This document shows, piece by piece, positions 11,201 to 22,262 of a stretch of 64,000 bases of DNA; position 1 is the first letter of the stretch; each line of letters opens with the position of its first letter. Source of the DNA: Ylistrum balloti (lineage: Eukaryota); assembly GCF_031769215.1 (NCBI RefSeq), contig NW_026781965.1:1-64000 (forward strand), given 5' to 3'. The position numbers and the translations under genes were made by a program. The notes under the pieces were generated by a model that was not told the origin of the DNA, did no database searches, and saw only the letters and a list, made by a program, of their open reading frames with translations.

Positions 11201-14200
11201 TGATTATTAGTATGGTACAATGAAATAAAAAATTACAAACATTTTAAGTGATTTGGTGAACATAATTAATACTTTATTATTCCAGTATCTAAATTTAAAT
11301 ATTCAAATATTTTATTATCTCCTCTCAATTTCAGTTAATAAATTCACATATAAGTACGTATTTCAAGTTATCCTTATGTACTGATATCAAAACTTACCAT
11401 ATTTTCAGATTTCTACATACAAAACAAATGGCTCAACCACAACAAATCTCACTTATATTCTCTCAGGTAGGAAGTATTTTCTTCAATGTTTCAATCATGT
11501 TTTCCTTCACTTTTAAACGATTACACTATCAAAGTAACCTCATTTTCCAATATAACTTGACATCATATAAATAACACAGAATAAGTAAAGTTCAATAACT
11601 TTAAATAATTCTTTAAAAAAACAGATTCTGTAAATAAACTTTTAACATCTGTGTTTTGTTTCTCAGATTTTTTTTTCTCAAATGTGTACACAGAAAAGAA
11701 TTATTATTGATATGAATACTGTATATTTCCAAATACAAACCATTATTCAACTTTTTGCATCTAAATGTATCAAGCTCAAGCAAAACTCACTGCATTTCAT
11801 TCAAAATTCTATTAATTTGATTCTTAAATATTATATAATAAAATCATGAAAAGACACAGTTCTCCTGACAATATTGTTGTAAATCTTTACATAACTGAGA
11901 TCAATTTACAACAAGACAGCACTTTTTATCCATTTAACTGCGAAGCATTTTCTTTCAACATTAATATCGTTTAAATACTAGATTTCTACAGTATACCTTT
12001 TTCTTGTAAACTATTGTGTATAATTGGATGTTTGTATTTTAGATAAGCAAAGCATTTTGTTGATCATTTAAAAATTGGGTCTCAATTTAATATTTACTTT
12101 CTTTCTTCCAAACTCTGTGTACACATTTTCGAAAGTCTTTTAGCTTTACTACCAAATCTCTGATCACAAAAATGAAATGTAAATTGAGCCACTTACAATC
12201 ATAGTTCCTGAATTAAGTTTGAGTATGCCTCTAAGAAACTTTTAAAGTAAATTTAAATACAAATTACTTCATAAATAATTTATCTTACTTGTAATATTTG
12301 TATTTTCTGCAGAAATTATCTTACAAATCCTGGCCCCATCCTAGGCCCATTGTACACTGGGTTTTTAATCTCACCTCTCCAACCGTCCCATGGTCCCATC
12401 TCCCAAAGTAGACCCGGCCATACCAAGGACATGAGTGCCAGACCCAGCCATACCTTGTTGAACCATGACCCAGCCAGAATAGGTTACCCTAGCTTTCACC
12501 CATAGATCTCATCAAATAATTGTAAATGTCTACTTTTCTTAAAGAATTCTAAAAATTCTAATTGTTTGCTTTCAGTACCTGATTTGTAATTCAGAGTCAC
12601 ACAGTCAGATTCTTGTTTTTCATATATCCTTGATTTGAATCATAGCCAAAGTATAGAATTTTAAGTTTTCTTTGGTTATATCTTGTCTCTAAATTGCTTT
12701 TACTACTTAACAATTTGCAAAATCCAATCAAAGACTTGGACAATCTAATAATCTTTGTAGGTTATAAAACAAGTATCAAATATAGTTACAAAACATTTTG
12801 AGGACAAAATCCAAATTTCCAGTTAAACATTGGAACAAATGAAGAGAGATCTATGGGAAAGCTCTGTGTGGAAAATAATAAGCCCCATAAAGGCCCATTC
12901 CTATCACCTGTGCCCCAATCGTTCCTTGTGTTTGAGCAAAGCCCTTTCCGCTATGTCTGGTTCAGCAAACTGGACATAGGCCTCCCCCGTGCTTCTCCCC
13001 TGTTGATCCTCAGGTAGCATTATCCCATTGGGTACAATCTCCAACCCTACGTCCCCCAACAAAACAAGCCATCAGTCATCCATGTCAGCAAAAACACAAT
13101 TCACACGTGTCCAAAACATAAACATTGATAACAATCCAGCAAATAGGTTCATAAACTTGAATATATTTCACATTAAACTTTTATATAAATATATGTAAAC
13201 ATTTTAATAAGTTTTCAAAGAAAAAATAAACATCTATGAAAAGGTAACTCCACACAGCATAGTCTCTCACAATGGTTGACATGTTTCTGACTATCTCCTG
13301 ACAAGACTAGCTGTCATCAGCACAATAAATAGCAAATTCAAGAGCTGAGGTGCAAAAAGACATTCACAATGGTAATTGTTATGTCACATTTCTGTTGTGT
13401 AATCAAGAAATGGGGGAAATCTCTATGAAGCATGGGATTAAAAACATGTTTCCTTTCAATAAAACAAGTGGGCATCCCATTAATGACAAACAGATGGCAA
13501 GACAATGAGTATTGTGAGTAAAAGTTCTGGGACACATTATCACAGTGTATACTACAAAATATGAAAAATAATAGCACCACAGAGCAAAGAAGAATTATAT
13601 ATCCATTCGTTATTGACTTGAAAAAGTAAACTAGCATCTAAAACATGCAATGTTGATAATGCACTTCAATAAAATTCTATTTTACTCTTGAACTGCAACT
13701 TCATACTTCAAACTCTATATTTTTGCCCATCAAAAGATTTATCAAATTTAACAAGAAAATACAACAGCATTTCAGCCAATTGTCATCACAGATACCTCAT
13801 AAATTTAGTAAATTTCTTATTCAAGATTTTTTCTCTTTTCCAGAGTTCAACCACAGCAAATCTCATGAAATACACTAACTGAATAGCTGTGGTTCCAAAG
13901 TTAAAGAGACAGAATATAATGAGGTAACATTCCATTTTGCTTTTAGGAGGATAACAAACGGGATTGGATACTCAAAATAGAATATGTTCAAACCCTCATC
14001 GAACATTTTGACACCTCATATTCAAAACTACTTTGAAATATCCTCTTAGCAGAAGAAAATATCCTTTTTTGAGTAAATAAACCTTAGCAGGAATTCTTTG
14101 AACAATCTATGACACTAAAGTTTTTGATGATTGGTTCACTGATAAAAAAAATTTCTGTAAAGATGAACAAGATTAAACATAGGTTTTGTGCCATAAGAAA

Positions 14201-15392
14201 CATTTGGCTACCTTAATTCTTCAATCTTAAAGTAAGTTTTAAAGTTCCTACTCACATTTGAACGAACACAATATTCTTATTTGTAATTACTTAAATTCCT
14301 TGACTTTTAAGTATTATTCTTTCAGTGTATATTATGAATTTTTTGTTACTTAACATTCAATGTGTTACCTGTGAAAAATTGTGCAATTTCTTCTTTAGAG
14401 CATCCAAAAGGAAGTCCACGCAGTCTAACAACAGCCTCGTTTGAACCAGACATTTGTCCTTGCCCTGCTCGCTTTATGACCCAATCCATCTCACTTGTTT
14501 TGGATCTAAAAACTATAAATAAGCAGCTTATTGATACTAATTTTATCAATCATTAACCAAAATATATTCATGATGCAACTATTTCCATATGCCATACTAA
14601 AAGGGACAAAAAGGTACCTTCAATATATCTGTTTCCCATGTGCTGATTGTGCTTTTCCAGTGATTTCTGTACATTTGCTTCATCAACCATTTGCACAAAA
14701 GCCTCTCCACTTGGTCTGCCTTCCCTGGAGAAGGTGAAATTAACTCCATTCTCACCTCCAACAACTGCCACATCATCTGAATAAAAATTGTAATAATTAT
14801 TTCTTTATTTTTAGATATATCTCTCAAATTTGTTCACAATTTAACTGTCAAACATGTCTGATAAACATATTCTGAAGTTTTGGTAATACAACAATGGAAA
14901 GTATCATAAGTTATCCATTTTGGTCTAACAAGCTGTTTTAAGTTTCACACTGTACATGTTATCTGTATTATCTTTGGTCTGGAATTTTTAAATCGAATGA
15001 CTTCAATTTTTATGTTTGACATCAAAAGAACATCTACATCAAAAAGCATGACTCTATCAGTACGTCAACACATTTCCATAGCAGACAATTAAATAATTTC
15101 ACATAAACTTTACAATCTAATACTGCTTCCATTTCCTTCATATGTTGGATGTTGCCAATAGGAAAATTGCAAACTATGTTTACATAATAATAACTGCATG
15201 CCAGTATACATATCATAAATTTTAGGTACAAATTCACTGCAATTGTAGACCAAAAAAAAAAAAAGATACACATGCATACCAGGATTGTATGTGTACATTG
15301 ACTTTACCTCCAAAGAACTTCAGGACTTCTGCAGCTGTTGCTGACCAAGGGAGGCCCCTCAAACGTACCACACAGCCATCATCATCACCCAT
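8285..15392 (-). CDS. HNRNPH1: Heterogeneous nuclear ribonucleoprotein F/H family protein (three qRRMs plus Gly/Met/Asn/Tyr low-complexity regions), 548 aa
   Basis: Nine coding exons 15392-15308, 14776-14618, 14512-14369, 13046-12908, 11177-10951, 10443-10154, 9765-9630, 9494-9222, 8478-8285, all GT-AG and phase-consistent (1647 nt). qRRM signatures [41 protein letters not shown]...[11 protein letters not shown]...[18 protein letters not shown]...[11 protein letters not shown]...[11 protein letters not shown]. The symbol denotes the family (co-orthologue of vertebrate H1/H2/H3/F). Confidence 0.95.
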
Positions 15393-16507
15393 CTGTTAAA
15401 CAAAAGTAATAACATGATAACAAGATATTATCAGTCTTCAGATATATGGTCTTGATCACAATCAAATTTCTAATGTTTTAATTTCTCATCTTACTAGTAT
15501 AGAGTTAGAAAAGTCACACAACATGCACCATATTGCACATCAAGCAGATGTTTTGTGAATTTCAACCAATGATATTAGCTCTAAACAATAGAGCTTTTAT
15601 TACAACCCCTCTAAGGAAACAAACATTGAAGGTCCTAACCGAAACAAGGACGTTAAGCTCAAAAAAAGAAACAAACAAACACTGTCTTACAAGATAAAGG
15701 TAAACAAACCTGGACTCAGGACAAAAAGACAAAAGCATTTAGCCATTAGGTCTTTATTCAACCTTGTCAAAATATAACTTATATATTTAAGGCACTGACC
15801 ATGTATTCTCTACTTATTATGCTCTAATCACGAAAGTCTAACATTGGTGTTTGTTTAAATCTACAGATAGTGCTTGTCGCTCGAGTGTTATGCTTAGTGT
15901 CATAATATATAAACATAAAGGAGTTTCGTCTTTTATTAACTACAGGCATTCGGATGACCGGATGATCCTGCAGTTGCGGTTATGTCTGTTCAACAGGGGG
16001 GACAAGTCGTTTCGGTACTTTTAAAAATGTTTTGAATTATGTATTTAATTAAGGTTTTCAGGTGTTTTGTCATTAGGAAATATTGTTAATTTTGTTACCG
16101 AAGGTCTGTTTACTCTAAATGACACTTAGCACAATAATCGAACGTTCGAACATATATTTAGTTCCTGATATCCCTTGTGCTCCAACCTTAACATATCATA
16201 AAGTTAACTCGTAGAAAGAGAGAATCCGAATAGTGGAGGCCATTGTAAGTATGATGGAAAGTAATATGAGCTGGACAAAAATCAAATCGCGTAAAGAGAG
16301 TCAGATCAAGCCCTAAGTGTTGGCACAGAACACGTGTGGCCATTGTGACCACGATCGATTCTAGGACGAGAAAAAAGATATAAGGGAAAATACAAGACGG
16401 GTGCTATTGACACACGACACACCAATCTCAAAATATTCAACATCAGTTATTGCACATTAAGCATATGGAATATTTAGAAAAATCATCATATTTATTTGCA
16501 AACTTAC

Positions 16508-16570
16508 GGTTTATTTTCTGATGTATAGGACGCTGCAGCTCTCGATGAAAAGAAAATGGCGGACGTCGGA
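16508..16570 (-). other. Non-coding first (5' UTR) exon of the hnRNP F/H gene
   Basis: The ATG at 15392 directly follows an acceptor (TTTAACAG|ATG), so an upstream exon is likely. There is a strong donor ACC|GTAAGT at 16508/16507 with a CpG-rich YY1 core CCGCCATTTT just upstream. The 5' end is approximate. Confidence 0.65.
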
Positions 16571-16915
16571 AATTGTATCATGGGAGTTATACTGGAGAAA
16601 AAAGAATATTCAAAGAAACGATGTAAACCAAAGGATACCCTTTTTCTTTGATTTTTTTTTTAATTTGAAAAGAGATTTACAAATATTGTTTTTACTTCAT
16701 ATGTATATTTGATTGAACCATTGACATATTTACTTCCGCATTTCATTGGCGTTTCCGGTTTGATAACTTCAGAAAGAAAAATAGTGTCAACAATATCAAA
16801 AGAAATCGGTTGCCATCGACGCATCAGATGATAATTTCTGTTTGAATGTGTTAAGTATTCATTTTAGAATACGTAAAGAACCCCTTCTATCGCACTCAGT
16901 GCCACAACACTCAGG
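16550..16915. promoter_or_regulatory. Bidirectional promoter between hnRNP F/H (-) and MOB1 (+)
   Basis: About 400 bp separate the hnRNP first-exon donor and the MOB1 ATG. YY1 motif AAAATGGCGG 16553-16562, ETS cores CGGAA ~16567 and TTCCGG 16753-16758, reverse CCAAT 16745-16749, local CpG enrichment. Confidence 0.7.
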
Positions 16916-19900
16916 ATGAGCTTTCTTTTGTAAGTTTATTTTGTTTACCATCCGTTTTGTATTCTTCTCTACCTACAGATGTATCAAGGTAACAATCTTA
17001 CTTAGACTACGACTGGATATTATACATAGCTTGACACTTCAATCTCATACGTTATAAAACGTTTATAAACACTGACACAAGTCTCACAATTCCTGACATT
17101 TATTATTCGACCAGTTTTAAAGATACGCAGTAGGCCTAATGTTGATTTACCGTTATATTATTAAAATTCTAACTTCATTTAAGATACAGGACTACTGAAG
17201 TGTTTATAAACAACCGAGTTTAACAGGTATATACTGTAGTATGACATTTGCGTGTGCTATGTACGGTACAGCAGTGAAGAAACATTACTGAGAGAACTGG
17301 CCCGCTTTGGAAATCTTGAAAGTCTATGACCTGTGAAATATTTTTGTGCATGATTTATAGTAATTTTACTGTCGGAACTCAACGTTCGTTCTAACACAAG
17401 TTACAGCACACATTCAACGAGCTTATTGGAATTCATAAACAATATGTTTGTTATTGAATACATGTACTAGAGTTCCATAGCTCCACAAGGCTTCAAAGCG
17501 AGAACCAGTAATTTTTGTAGAAAGTCTTTCAGGCTAGTCAAGACACAGACACCTGTATCTGGAATATAAACAATTCAAGCAAAAATTCAGTCCACTATAC
17601 ATTATTCAAAAAGGTTGAACAACTTTCCCATTTGAAGATAATCTCTGGAAGACAAAAGTGTTTATTTGTAAACATAGACTTTCATAGTGTCAAACTGAAA
17701 TACTTCCGTCTTACATTGATGAATAGACCAGTTGGGAAAGTTCAGTGAAGATGGTGACATTTATCTAAATTATTCTGACATTCTATCAAATTTTTATTAT
17801 ATTGTCTTGAGTCCATGGACGTCAAAAACATGGTCCAATATATAAAAAAGCAGCCTGTGCCAATATCGTGTTTCAAAGTTCAATGCAAACATAAAATATT
17901 TAAGTCACATACTTTTTCTGTGTCTACCTACATTTCGAAGGAAATTAAAGCAGAAACTCATCCACCAAACTTATCGAGGTCCAGCAATACCCAAGGTATT
18001 TCCTCAACCACCAAACTTAACGAGGTCCTGCAATACCCAAGGTATTTCCTAAAAAGTCCTGACATATTTTATTACAAAAATAATGCAGACAAATATAAAC
18101 ACACACTCAGCTTAATTTCACATATGAAAAAGAATGTTCTTAGATAACATTAACTGTTTTTTAATTGTAAATGAATTAAGTCATAATCTTGATAAATGGC
18201 TCCATCCTTTGTACAAATGGCTCAAAAGTGAACTGAAAGATGGATAGCAAAACAACTTTGCTTACATAATTTTCTGAATATTTGTGCATACGTAAGAAGT
18301 GGTGAAACCAGGCATGTGACTAGAGGCTAGGAGGCATGGCTAACATTTTGTAAACTAAAACAGGGTAAGGTGAGGGGAAATGTACACTAAGTGAATGTAT
18401 TGTTATTATAAGACATGCCCATTATTGGAGATGAAAAACAGACATTTTGATCCATGTGTGATAGGATTGGAGTTCGGACGTTCATTGACTCAAGACTGAT
18501 ATTTAAGAAGTCAATAGAATGTCGCAATAATTGGGACTAGTGTGAAAATATGTTTTTGGTGTTGATTTTAGCTTTGAATTGGCACAAATACTGAAATATA
18601 ATTTTTTTTTTTTTTTTTTTTGAGGAGATTAGAACATGATTCAGAGGATCTCAAACAGACAAGAAAATACCCAAACACTGATGTTTCTTTCACAGCATAA
18701 TGTCCAAATTTTGAAATTTGAATGTGTCAAATTGTATATGATGAAAGATGGAAATGCCTATACCCCTCCAGAAAGTGGAACTCATTTTTTCATTGTGACA
18801 TCAGCTAGTGATCAGACTTTTAATTCCCTGGGCCACAGTTCTACTGTTTTGTCATCCGCGTTACCAATCTTGGACACCAGGTGTACTGTCACGTCATTGA
18901 CATTGCCAGACTTAGATTCCAGGCCCCACTTGTATAAAATATCTCAATTTCAGATTTCCTCAAGCCCAGATTTTCCTCAGCTAATATCTCCTTGAACATA
19001 TCTTGCATGAAAATTCTGCAAGGAATTTCAGGAAATCCTAGCCGATGCCTTCCTCCTGTTCCTTGAGAAAATTTTATACAAGCAGTTTTTGAGGAGATAT
19101 CAGCTTAGGAAAATCTCGACTTGAGGAAATCTCAAGTTGAGATGTTTTATACAAGTTGGGCCAGGTCTACTGCTAAGTCATTGACATTGCCAGTTATTGA
19201 CTGAAGTCTTAGACCCAAAATCTACTGATATGTCAAAATTGCTGGCATTAGACCCAATGTCTACTGTCATGGATATTGCTGGTCTTTGGCCTGAGTCCAC
19301 TGTTATGTTATTGATATTATTGGCCTTAAACATTTGACCCCAGGTCTAATGTTGGCAACAAACCCCGTTTGCTTGCATCTTCTTCAAAACTGCTGAATTT
19401 GAAGTCTAAACATTCAGTTTTTCTGGAATACATTTTATAATGAACATGATATCTCCTTTTTCCAGAAAACAGATTACAATGTACATGAATTCTAAAATTT
19501 TCTTGTTTTTGCTATGTCCTCATCATAAAATGGCCGAGGCATCAGATTTGGTGATGCCTTTGGCCATCATTCTGTCATTTGGTCAAAATTTGGGTTTTCA
19601 CAAACTGAAATTTATTTGCCTCTTGTCAACTTATCATTCCAAGAGTCTTTGCCCTTGGAATTAACTTTCATGTACTCGGTGCACCAATTCCAAGTCGGCT
19701 AGTAACTTCCCTCAACAGTCACTTTTGGTCAATCAATTTCACGGTCACCTCTTTGAAAGCCAGTAACATTGAAAAGTTCAGCAATTCTCATTTGTTGCCC
19801 TTAGGAATTGATGTTGATTGTGATTTATACTTGAAAGATAAATCACTAATAGTTTCGTCAAGATTTTATACCAATAGTCTGTGTGTTTTACTTGAATACT

Positions 19901-22262
19901 TCTTGTTTTTCAAAGTGGAAACAGGAACAACAAGACATTTAAGCCCAAAAAGAATATACCTGAAGGCACACATCAGCATGACTTGATGAAACATGCAGCT
20001 GTTACACTGGGTAGTGGAAACCTTCGCCAAGCTGTCATGTTACCAGAGGGAGAAGATCTCAATGAATGGGTGGCTGTCAATAGTAAGTTTTTGTTTAAAA
20101 AGAAAAAACATGCAGTAATCCATATGACTGGTTCTATAACCACTATGTTTAATATATAAGGATAAAGAAATAATGACTCCATTCCTTCACTCAATATGTA
20201 ATTCTACATATTCAGGGCTCTCGATCTGCCAGATTTGGGATCGATATTCGGCCCCATTCCCAATGCAAAATAGTATCTTTTTTTCCCAATTTAGACCCCA
20301 AGATTTCCCAGTTCTGAGGAAAACACCATTATTTTTCCCAATTCTAAGGGCCCCGGGCCCCAGTCCCAAAATGAGGTGTGAGAGCCCTGATATTTGTGAC
20401 CTTTAAAGCCCCAATATACTTAAAAATCACTATAAAAAAAACAAACTTTATCTTATTTTCACCGTAATATATCTAACAAAACAAATACTTTCCTTTAATT
20501 AAAGAAAATAAAACTGACTGTTTTCAATTTAAATAAAAATTGGAAAAAATGGAAAATAAACAATGTGGGACCCACAATAATTCATACATTACCGCTCATA
20601 GCGATGACATTGCGCATGCGCATATTCCGCATGTGTAAAGGCAGACACAGTACAGACGTTCACCAGTCGCTTCCTTTTTTTCCAATCATACATCAGGCCA
20701 GTTCTGAATTCTTGCGTCATAATTGTGCGTCGTATCGTTTCTAAACTAATTATTCCTTCTAATAATTTCCCAAAAACTGAATGTTTATCACAGGAATACC
20801 TCAAGTCTATGAAAAGACTTCGCAAACAATGTTTGTAAACAAAAACTTACCGAAGACATATCTGCATGTGCTTCCTCTATAAGTAGAAACCTCAACTCTC
20901 GCGAGATCAGGCCATGAACTTTCCGACATGGTTCGGCAACAATCGTAATTTTGATGGCGGCGTGTTTAAAATAGAGGTGTGTTTACAAATAGCGAGTTTC
21001 AACTGCTCATATATCAATACTTTATGCACAAAGTCATGGTAACTATTGTTTGAATAACTTAATTTTAACTACATCTTAGAGAATATCTCAATAATTATGT
21101 GTGATTCTACACTAAACTTTTGGTGAATGTTATGTATATTGGGGCTTTAATCTACAAACTCCAGCTACATTTCATATAATGGTACTCTGAAGCATATCCG
21201 ACAATGTGGTTAAAATAGGCAGCAGAAGTTGGGTTCTGCATTTTTTGTGAAGAGTTCCTTGTTATAAATCTCTTTTGATAAAGAACTTCCTTCTCCCAGA
21301 TACAAGCTGATACCAGTAGTTATTTACAGGTTGTAGGTTTTGTTTAGAAACACAACTTGGAGTGTCATGTTGTTTCAGTGACTCATGTGTAAGAGATACC
21401 GATACTTAAGAAGGATGAAAGTTATAAGGAAATGACTGCCCTTCACCCACTTGTATATACACCAATGTAATTTTTTCATTATCACTTACCAAAAATTCAA
21501 GATAGGTATTTTTTATTTCAGCGGTGGATTTTTTCAACCAAATAAACATGCTGTATGGTACAATAACAGAGTTTTGCACAGAGGAAACTTGTCCAGTCAT
21601 GTCAGCAGGACCAAAGTATGAGTACCATTGGGCTGATGGTCAGGCTGTCAAAAAACCAATCAAATGCTCTGCACCAAAATACATTGATTACCTTATGTCT
21701 TGGGTGCAGGACCAGCTTGATGATGAAAGTCTATTCCCCTCCAAAATTGGTAATTTATCTTTGCATTCAAATATAGCAATCCACCCCTTTTATCAATCAA
21801 ATCTTGAAAACTATTCATTGATAAGTTAACATTTCTCAAGTAACCAATACAGGTATGTTTTATTTTCAGAATCTTATTCAGAATTCTTACCAGTACATGT
21901 AGAAAAATTTGTGTCCAAAGGTAGAAAAAAACTTTTGAATGTCAATCTTTTTGTACGTTTCTGTAACACTTTTTAGAATTTGATTCATTAGATTCAGAAT
22001 AAGTATTGTTATTATTTCAGGTATTCCATTTCCAAAGAATTTCCTTGCTTGTGCCAAAACAATACTTAAAAGACTTTTCCGGGTTTATGCACACATCTAC
22101 CACCAACACTTTAAGGAGGTATGCCAGCTTGGAGAGGAGGCTCATCTCAATACTTCTTTCAAACATTTTATCTTCTTTGTATATGAATTCAGTCTCATTG
22201 AAAAACGAGAGCTTGCCCCACTGCAGGAGCTTATCGACAAACTCACAAGCAAAGACAGATAG
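16916..22262 (+). CDS. MOB1: MOB kinase activator 1 (Hippo pathway), 216 aa
   Basis: Exons 16916-16929 (MSFLF), 19916-20082, 21522-21749, 22021-22262, GT-AG, 651 nt. MSFLFGNRNNKTFKPKKNIPEG...[45 protein letters not shown]...KRLFRVYAHIYHQHF...ELAPLQELIDKLTSKDR* is near-identical to MOB1A/B. Confidence 0.97.
17962..18051. repeat. 46-bp tandem duplication in MOB1 intron 1
   Basis: CCACCAAACTTA(T/A)CGAGGTCC(A/T)GCAATACCCAAGGTATTTCCT at 17962 and 18008. Confidence 0.85.
18830..19340. repeat. Degenerate ~40-50-bp minisatellite (CTACTG...TCATTGACATTGCCAG...GACCC) interrupted by a MITE
   Basis: Recurrent (C/G)TACTG...ATTGC(C/T)(A/G)G units on both sides of the 18923-19161 insertion. Confidence 0.55.
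18923..19161. mobile_element. 239-bp long-TIR MITE (PIF/Harbinger-like), copy 1
   Basis: TIR GCCCCACTTGTATAAAATATCTCAATTTCAGATTTCCTCAAG ... CTTGAGGAAATCTCAAGTTGAGATGTTTTATACAAGTTGGGC; flanked by CAG/CAG; reverse-complement copy at 47365-47602. Confidence 0.85.
20213..20389. mobile_element. 177-bp MITE with CAGGGCTCTC termini
   Basis: CAGGGCTCTC (20213-20222) and GAGAGCCCTG (20380-20389); ATATT directly flanks both ends. Superfamily uncertain. Confidence 0.7.
20407..21146. mobile_element. 740-bp non-autonomous Kolobok-like DNA transposon in MOB1 intron 2
   Basis: TTAA|AGCCCCAATATAC ... GTATATTGGGGCT|TTAA: perfect 13-bp TIR, TTAA target duplication (20403-20406, 21147-21150) and purine-purine terminus, as expected for Kolobok. 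Confidence 0.8.

Noticed and set aside
8224-11203. His/Pro/Cys-rich plus-strand ORFs (8224, 9183, 10183, 10274, 10904) and alternative minus frames
   Set aside because: Antisense or off-frame shadows of the Gly-rich hnRNP exons.
9050-13330. Intronic snoRNAs in the hnRNP introns
   Set aside because: TGATGA- and CTGA-like words exist but I found no properly spaced C/D pair with a terminal stem and no H/ACA structure.
20589-20825. 78-aa minus-strand ORF as a nested gene in MOB1
   Set aside because: Lies wholly inside the TTAA-flanked MITE, with no ATG start or recognisable domain; kept only as part of the MITE finding.
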